NCBI RefSeq assembly: GCF_021054785.1
Contig: NZ_CP088239.1
Span: forward strand, 2,100,001-2,132,000
Direction: 5' to 3'
Length of the DNA: 32,000 nucleotides
Origin: Tannockella kyphosi
Lineage (GTDB): Bacteria; Bacillota_I; Bacilli_A; Erysipelotrichales; Coprobacillaceae
The notes below the pieces were generated by a model, which saw only the letters and a program-made list of their open reading frames with translations, made no database searches and was not told the DNA's origin. Made by a program: the position numbers and the translations under genes. Shown here piece after piece: positions 27,594 through 32,000 of this stretch. Each line of letters opens with the position of its first letter. The first letter of the stretch is position 1.

Positions 27594-28361
27594 ATGGAAA
27601 TATATAAAAAAATGCATGATTATATGGAGTCCTATGATAAAAGCAATCCTAAAATCAAAATTAAAATTCAACATACATATAGTGTAGTAGCAAAAGCACA
27701 AGAAATAAGCAAATCATTATCTTTAAACAAAGAGGATACAAATCTAGCTATTATCATTGCTTTATTACATGATATTGGTCGTTTTGAACAATTAAAAAGA
27801 TACAATAGTTTTATTGATCATTTAACAATAGATCATGCAAGTTTGGGAATTCAAATATTATTTGAAGAACATTTAATAGAACATTTTTTAGATACAAGAG
27901 AATATGATTCGATGATATATTACGCTATTGCTAACCATAATCGTTTAAAAATAGAACCAGGATTAGATAAAAGAACATTATTACATTGTAAAATAATAAG
28001 AGATGCAGATAAGTTAGATAATTTAGAAATAAAATGTAAACAAGATTTTGAAGATGTTTATGGAGTAACCAAAGAACAAGTATCCACCCAAACAATTAGT
28101 AAAAAAGTATATGATGCTTTAAATGAGCATCGTCAAATTAATGCAAGAGATAGAGTAACTGATTTAGATGTGTGGTTAACACATATTGGATTTGTTTATG
28201 ATTTTAATTTTGCTTATAGTTTAAAAGAAACATTAGAAAATAATTATGCAAGTATTATTTTACATCAAATAGCGTGCAAAGATAAACAAACAGTACAACA
28301 AATAGAAGAGATTGATAAAGTAGTGAATCAATATATGAAGGAACAATTATATGAGAAATAA
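27594..28361 (+). CDS. HD-domain (HDIG-type) metal-dependent phosphohydrolase
   Basis: Ligand series QHTYSV, LLHDIGR, IDHASLG, ANHN and IIRDADKLD. The ATG at 27594 has better RBS spacing (aaggaaggtagg) than the GTG at 27585. Confidence 0.8.
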   Translation: MEIYKKMHDYMESYDKSNPKIKIKIQHTYSVVAKAQEISKSLSLNKEDTNLAIIIALLHDIGRFEQLKRYNSFIDHLTIDHASLGIQILFEEHLIEHFLDTREYDSMIYYAIANHNRLKIEPGLDKRTLLHCKIIRDADKLDNLEIKCKQDFEDVYGVTKEQVSTQTISKKVYDALNEHRQINARDRVTDLDVWLTHIGFVYDFNFAYSLKETLENNYASIILHQIACKDKQTVQQIEEIDKVVNQYMKEQLYEK

Positions 28362-28902
28362 TAAAACAAAACAATTAGTACAAGGAGCTTTTTTAGTAGC
28401 TTTATATGGTGTACTAGCAATTATTAATATTATGTTAGGAACTATCTTTGATATTATTTTTATTTATCTTATTTCTTTATTTTTTGTTTTATATACATAT
28501 TCTTATGGTTTAAAGTATGCACTAACTGCTGCTTTTAGTAGTGCTTTTGTGTTGTTTATTGTAGGAGAGTTATATTTTTTATTTATGGGTATTGGAACTA
28601 CACTTTGTTGTGTGTTTTATGGAAATAACCTAAGGAAACAAAATAGATTGGCTACTACTTATCTAAAGATTAGTTTAATGATAAAGAATGTTTTTATCTT
28701 TTTAGGGATAGAAAGTTTATTAGGATTGAATATGGTAGTGGATGGAATGGCGATGTTACAGGAATATATTCCTGGAGCATCCATATTATATTTCTATATA
28801 CCAATGATTCTTATTTTATTTTTTATATCAATTATGGAGTCTAGAATCTTAGTAAGCTATACGAAAATATGCATGAGAAAATGGAATATCCAAACTAATT
28901 AA
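28351..28902 (+). CDS. Polytopic membrane protein, YybS (DUF2232)-like by position and N-terminal pattern
   Basis: Five or so hydrophobic helices. N-terminus TKQLVQGAFLVALYGVLAII. It occupies the position held by yybS upstream of gdpP in B. subtilis, but it is shorter. Overlaps the HD gene by 11 nt. Confidence 0.5.
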   Translation: MRNNKTKQLVQGAFLVALYGVLAIINIMLGTIFDIIFIYLISLFFVLYTYSYGLKYALTAAFSSAFVLFIVGELYFLFMGIGTTLCCVFYGNNLRKQNRLATTYLKISLMIKNVFIFLGIESLLGLNMVVDGMAMLQEYIPGASILYFYIPMILILFFISIMESRILVSYTKICMRKWNIQTN

Positions 28903-28957
28903 TGAATTTTACCTTGAATTCGTGTATACTTATTACTAAGTAAAAGGAGTAATAAAG

Positions 28958-30916
28958 ATGATTAATAGATTAAACAAGCTAAAAAATTTAATACTAATTA
29001 TACTCTTTGTAGAGATTTTTATGTTTATAGGACTCTATATTTTTTCTTCTTCAATTATTACGGGTGCGATGGCAATTTATGTATTGCTTCGTAATACGGC
29101 AGCAATTGGAATATTTGTTTATGTTTTCCAAATGTTAGTAAGTAATAATATTGAAATTAGTGAAATAGTAGATAAGAATACAGATAATATTATGATCTTT
29201 GGAGGAGTTGGTTTAATTAGTTATGATGAAAATCGTAATATTAGTTGGACTAGTGATTTATTTGAAGAGTTAGATGTTCATTTGATTGGAACAAAGGTAT
29301 TAGAGTGGCAACCACAATTAGCTTCTTTGTTTGAAGAAGATGATATTAAAACAATTGATATTGCTTCTAGAAAATATGAAGTATATCATAATATGTTAAG
29401 TAAATTATTTTATTTAAGAGATGTAACAGATTATTCTAATCTGTTACAAGATTATGAAGATCAACAAATATGTATGGCATATATTACAATTGATAATTAT
29501 GATGAATCAATAGAACGTTCGGATGAACAAACAGTAGCATCGATTCAAACATTATCAAGACAAACTTTATTAGATTGGGCTTTAGAAAATGGGATTATTT
29601 TAAGAAGATATAAGAGTGATTGTTATATTGCGATTTTTAATGAACGTATTTATCAAAAACAAGCAGAACAACATTTCCCTATCTTAGATGAGTTTAAACA
29701 AAAAGCAGAACAATTAGATGTATTTATGTCGTTAAGTATTGGGATTGGAATCGAGAGTAAGATTTTAAGAGAATTAGATGAGATGGCTTTTGAAGCAGCT
29801 AGTTTATGTTATTCTCGTGGTGGAGATCAAGTTGCGGTAAAATCATTGAGTGATGATACTCGTTTCTTTGGAGGACATAGTGAGAATTTAGAGAAGTCAA
29901 ATCGAGTTCGTGCTAGAGTTATTAGTCAATCTGTGGGTAATTTAATTAATAAGGCAAGAAATGTTATTATTATGGGACATAAGCAATCTGATTTTGATTC
30001 TTTAGGAGCATCGATTGCAATGCATGCAATGTGTCGTTCTTTAGGAAAAGAGAGTCATATTTTAGTAGATTTTGATTCTATGGAAGAAAAAACATTAGCA
30101 GTTGCAAGAAGCATGAAAGATGGGGATTATAGTGATATCTTCATTCAGGCAATGCAAGTTAGTGAGTTATGTGATGATGAAACATTATTAATTGTTGTAG
30201 ATAATCATAAACCTACATTAGCAATTGATCGTGCGATATTTACTTATGTGACGAATGTTATTGTTATTGATCATCATCGTCGTGGACAAGAGTTTATTGA
30301 TTTACCAATATTAGCTTATTTAGAACCTTCAGCTTCTTCTACCGTAGAATTGGTAGTAGAGTTATATGAATATCAAAGAGAAACGATTCAATTAACAGAA
30401 TTAGAAGCTACTGTTTTATATACGGGAATGTTAGTGGATACAGGAAACTTTAAAAATAGAGTGGGTCCTAGAACTTTTGAAATGGCAGCAGTATTGAGAG
30501 AAATGCAAGCGGATGTTCGAGAAGCAAATAAATATTTAGAAGATGATTATCAAACAACAGTTGATAAATTAGAAATTACAAGAACTGCTTATTTATATGG
30601 AGAAGCAGTGTTGATAGCGTATGGTCAAGTTGATAAAATAAGGCCACGTACTTTGTTAGCGAAAGTAGGAAATGAGTTAATTTCCATAGCAGGAATTAAA
30701 GCAGTGTTTGTAGTAGGACATACGGATAAGAATCAAGTTTCAATTAGTGCTCGTAGTGTTGGGGATGTGAATGTGCAAGTGATTATGGAAAAACTTGGTG
30801 GAGGAGGACACTTCTCTATGGCGGCATGTCAAATTGAAAATACGACGATTCGAGAAGTAATTGGTAAGGTAGAAGGTGCGATAGAAGTATATCGTGAAGA
30901 AAGGGATAAATTATAA
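28958..30916 (+). CDS. gdpP: Cyclic-di-AMP phosphodiesterase GdpP (2 TM, PAS-like, degenerate GGDEF, DHH/DHHA1)
   Basis: Two N-terminal TM helices. DHH motifs SDFDSLGAS, VVDNHKP, VIDHHRRG and GMLVDTGNF. DHHA1 GGGGH. Confidence 0.9.
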   Translation: MINRLNKLKNLILIILFVEIFMFIGLYIFSSSIITGAMAIYVLLRNTAAIGIFVYVFQMLVSNNIEISEIVDKNTDNIMIFGGVGLISYDENRNISWTSDLFEELDVHLIGTKVLEWQPQLASLFEEDDIKTIDIASRKYEVYHNMLSKLFYLRDVTDYSNLLQDYEDQQICMAYITIDNYDESIERSDEQTVASIQTLSRQTLLDWALENGIILRRYKSDCYIAIFNERIYQKQAEQHFPILDEFKQKAEQLDVFMSLSIGIGIESKILRELDEMAFEAASLCYSRGGDQVAVKSLSDDTRFFGGHSENLEKSNRVRARVISQSVGNLINKARNVIIMGHKQSDFDSLGASIAMHAMCRSLGKESHILVDFDSMEEKTLAVARSMKDGDYSDIFIQAMQVSELCDDETLLIVVDNHKPTLAIDRAIFTYVTNVIVIDHHRRGQEFIDLPILAYLEPSASSTVELVVELYEYQRETIQLTELEATVLYTGMLVDTGNFKNRVGPRTFEMAAVLREMQADVREANKYLEDDYQTTVDKLEITRTAYLYGEAVLIAYGQVDKIRPRTLLAKVGNELISIAGIKAVFVVGHTDKNQVSISARSVGDVNVQVIMEKLGGGGHFSMAACQIENTTIREVIGKVEGAIEVYREERDKL

Positions 30917-31362
30917 TGAAAGTAATATTATTGCAAGATGTTAAAAATGTAGGTAAAAAAGGAGCAGTTGTGAAAGTAGCAGATGGCTATGGACAAAACT
31001 TCTTGATTAAAAATAAATTAGCGGTAGCAGCAACAGAGACTAGTCGTAAAGTATTAGATCATCAAATGGAAGAAGAAAAGAAATTAGAAGCACAGAAAAA
31101 GACGGATGCAGAAGAATTAAAGAAAGTATTAGAAGCAATTACGTTGGAGTTTCAATTAAAATCTGGTAAAGATGGACGTACTTTTGGAAGTATTTCTACT
31201 AAGAATATTGTAGAAGAATTAAGAGAGAAACATCAAATTAAAGTAGATAAAAGAAAATTTATTGATGCTCATACGGTAGGAGCATTAGGATATACGAAAT
31301 TAAAGTTAGAATTATATAAAGGAGTTATTGCAACAATAACTGTTCATTTAACGGAAAAATAA
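30916..31362 (+). CDS. rplI: 50S ribosomal protein L9
   Basis: MKVILLQDVKNVGKKGAVVKVADGYGQNFL. Size 148 aa. Start overlaps the gdpP stop. Confidence 0.95.
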   Translation: MKVILLQDVKNVGKKGAVVKVADGYGQNFLIKNKLAVAATETSRKVLDHQMEEEKKLEAQKKTDAEELKKVLEAITLEFQLKSGKDGRTFGSISTKNIVEELREKHQIKVDKRKFIDAHTVGALGYTKLKLELYKGVIATITVHLTEK

Positions 31363-31373
31363 GGAGAAAAAAG

Positions 31374-32000
31374 ATGCAACCAAGAGTAGAACCACATGAT
31401 ATAGATGCAGAACAAGCTGTCTTAGGGGCTATGTTAATATCAAAAGATAAACGTAGTGAAGCAGTTACTGAGCTTACAACAAGTGACTTCTATGACAGTA
31501 GACATCAGCTTATTTATCAAGCAATTGAAGTAATGGAAGCAAAAAAAGAAGCAACGGATACAACAAATGTAGCTTCTTATTTAAATACGTCTGGTCATTT
31601 AGAAGCAGTGGGAGGAGTTGCTTATTTATTAGAACTAGCTAACTCTTTGCCTGTATTAGGACATACAAGCTATTATATTCGTACGTTACAAAATAAAGCA
31701 ATGTTACGAAATATTATAACGGAATCATCTATTATTACAGCACAAGCTTATGAAGATGGAATTGATGTAGCAGACTTTTTAGCACAATCTGAAAAGCGTA
31801 TTATGGCTGCAACAAAAAATCGTACTTCTGGTGAATTTAAAGAAATTGGAGAAGTGCTAGGTGAAATTAAACAAGAATTAATTATTTTATCGAAAAGTGA
31901 TAATACTACTTCTGGGGTACCATCTGGCTTTGTTGCATTAGATGCAATTACACATGGGTTCCATCCTGGGGCATTGATTATCGTAGCAGCGAGACCAGCT
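31374..32000 (+). CDS. dnaB: Replicative DNA helicase (DnaB family; dnaC in B. subtilis nomenclature), 3' end outside the window
   Basis: The ATG at 31374 follows aaggag. Translation MQPRVEPHDIDAEQAVLGAMLISKD...FYDSRHQLIYQAI is the DnaB N-terminal domain. The frame stays open to the window end, which is why it is absent from the ORF track. Confidence 0.9.
   Translation, partial: MQPRVEPHDIDAEQAVLGAMLISKDKRSEAVTELTTSDFYDSRHQLIYQAIEVMEAKKEATDTTNVASYLNTSGHLEAVGGVAYLLELANSLPVLGHTSYYIRTLQNKAMLRNIITESSIITAQAYEDGIDVADFLAQSEKRIMAATKNRTSGEFKEIGEVLGEIKQELIILSKSDNTTSGVPSGFVALDAITHGFHPGALIIVAARPA

Noticed and set aside
27456-27701. ORF 27456-27701 (-) across the GNAT/HD spacer
   Set aside because: It overlaps the starts of two well-supported genes on both sides. 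The hydrophobic, Phe/Ile-rich translation is typical of AT-rich noise.

Overview
AT-rich chromosomal segment of low-GC Bacillota type. The standard code 11 applies, because TGA serves as a stop at 8878-8880 and 11380-11382 and no conserved protein needs an in-frame TGA. The content is almost entirely housekeeping and mostly on the + strand. Gene order: 5'-truncated nitroreductase, radical-SAM and SDR genes; folD, DUF951 and GNAT; a PAP2 phosphatase (-); ychF translationally coupled to a class B sortase; an LCP ligase; a tightly packed tsaC-rpiB-glyA-upp-atpZ-atpI-atpBEFHAGDC block; a 1356-aa FIST/GGDEF/EAL/Cache/GGDEF signalling protein; an intact IS1182-family insertion sequence; a CwlO-like NlpC/P60 hydrolase (-) divergent from a GH25 muramidase (+); a ferritin-like protein (-) and a GNAT (-); then HD phosphohydrolase, YybS-like membrane protein, gdpP, rplI and a 3'-truncated dnaB. 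Synteny mirrors the Bacillus subtilis ywlC...atpC and yybS-yybT-rplI-dnaC blocks. I saw no rRNA, tRNA, CRISPR array, prophage, or recognisable defence or toxin-antitoxin module. I do not find a convincing undescribed multi-gene system. The most unusual items are: (1) the giant multi-sensor c-di-GMP protein; (2) an IS with inward-facing terminators at both ends and a leaderless-type transposase promoter, inserted directly after that gene's stop codon; (3) a two-carboxylate, Na+-type-like ion site in the ATP synthase c subunit; (4) a triplicated 9-mer/palindrome in front of the ~9.7-kb tsaC-to-atpC unit; (5) a nitroreductase / CX4CX2C radical-SAM / SDR cassette. All domain calls come from motif reading by eye, with no database search.
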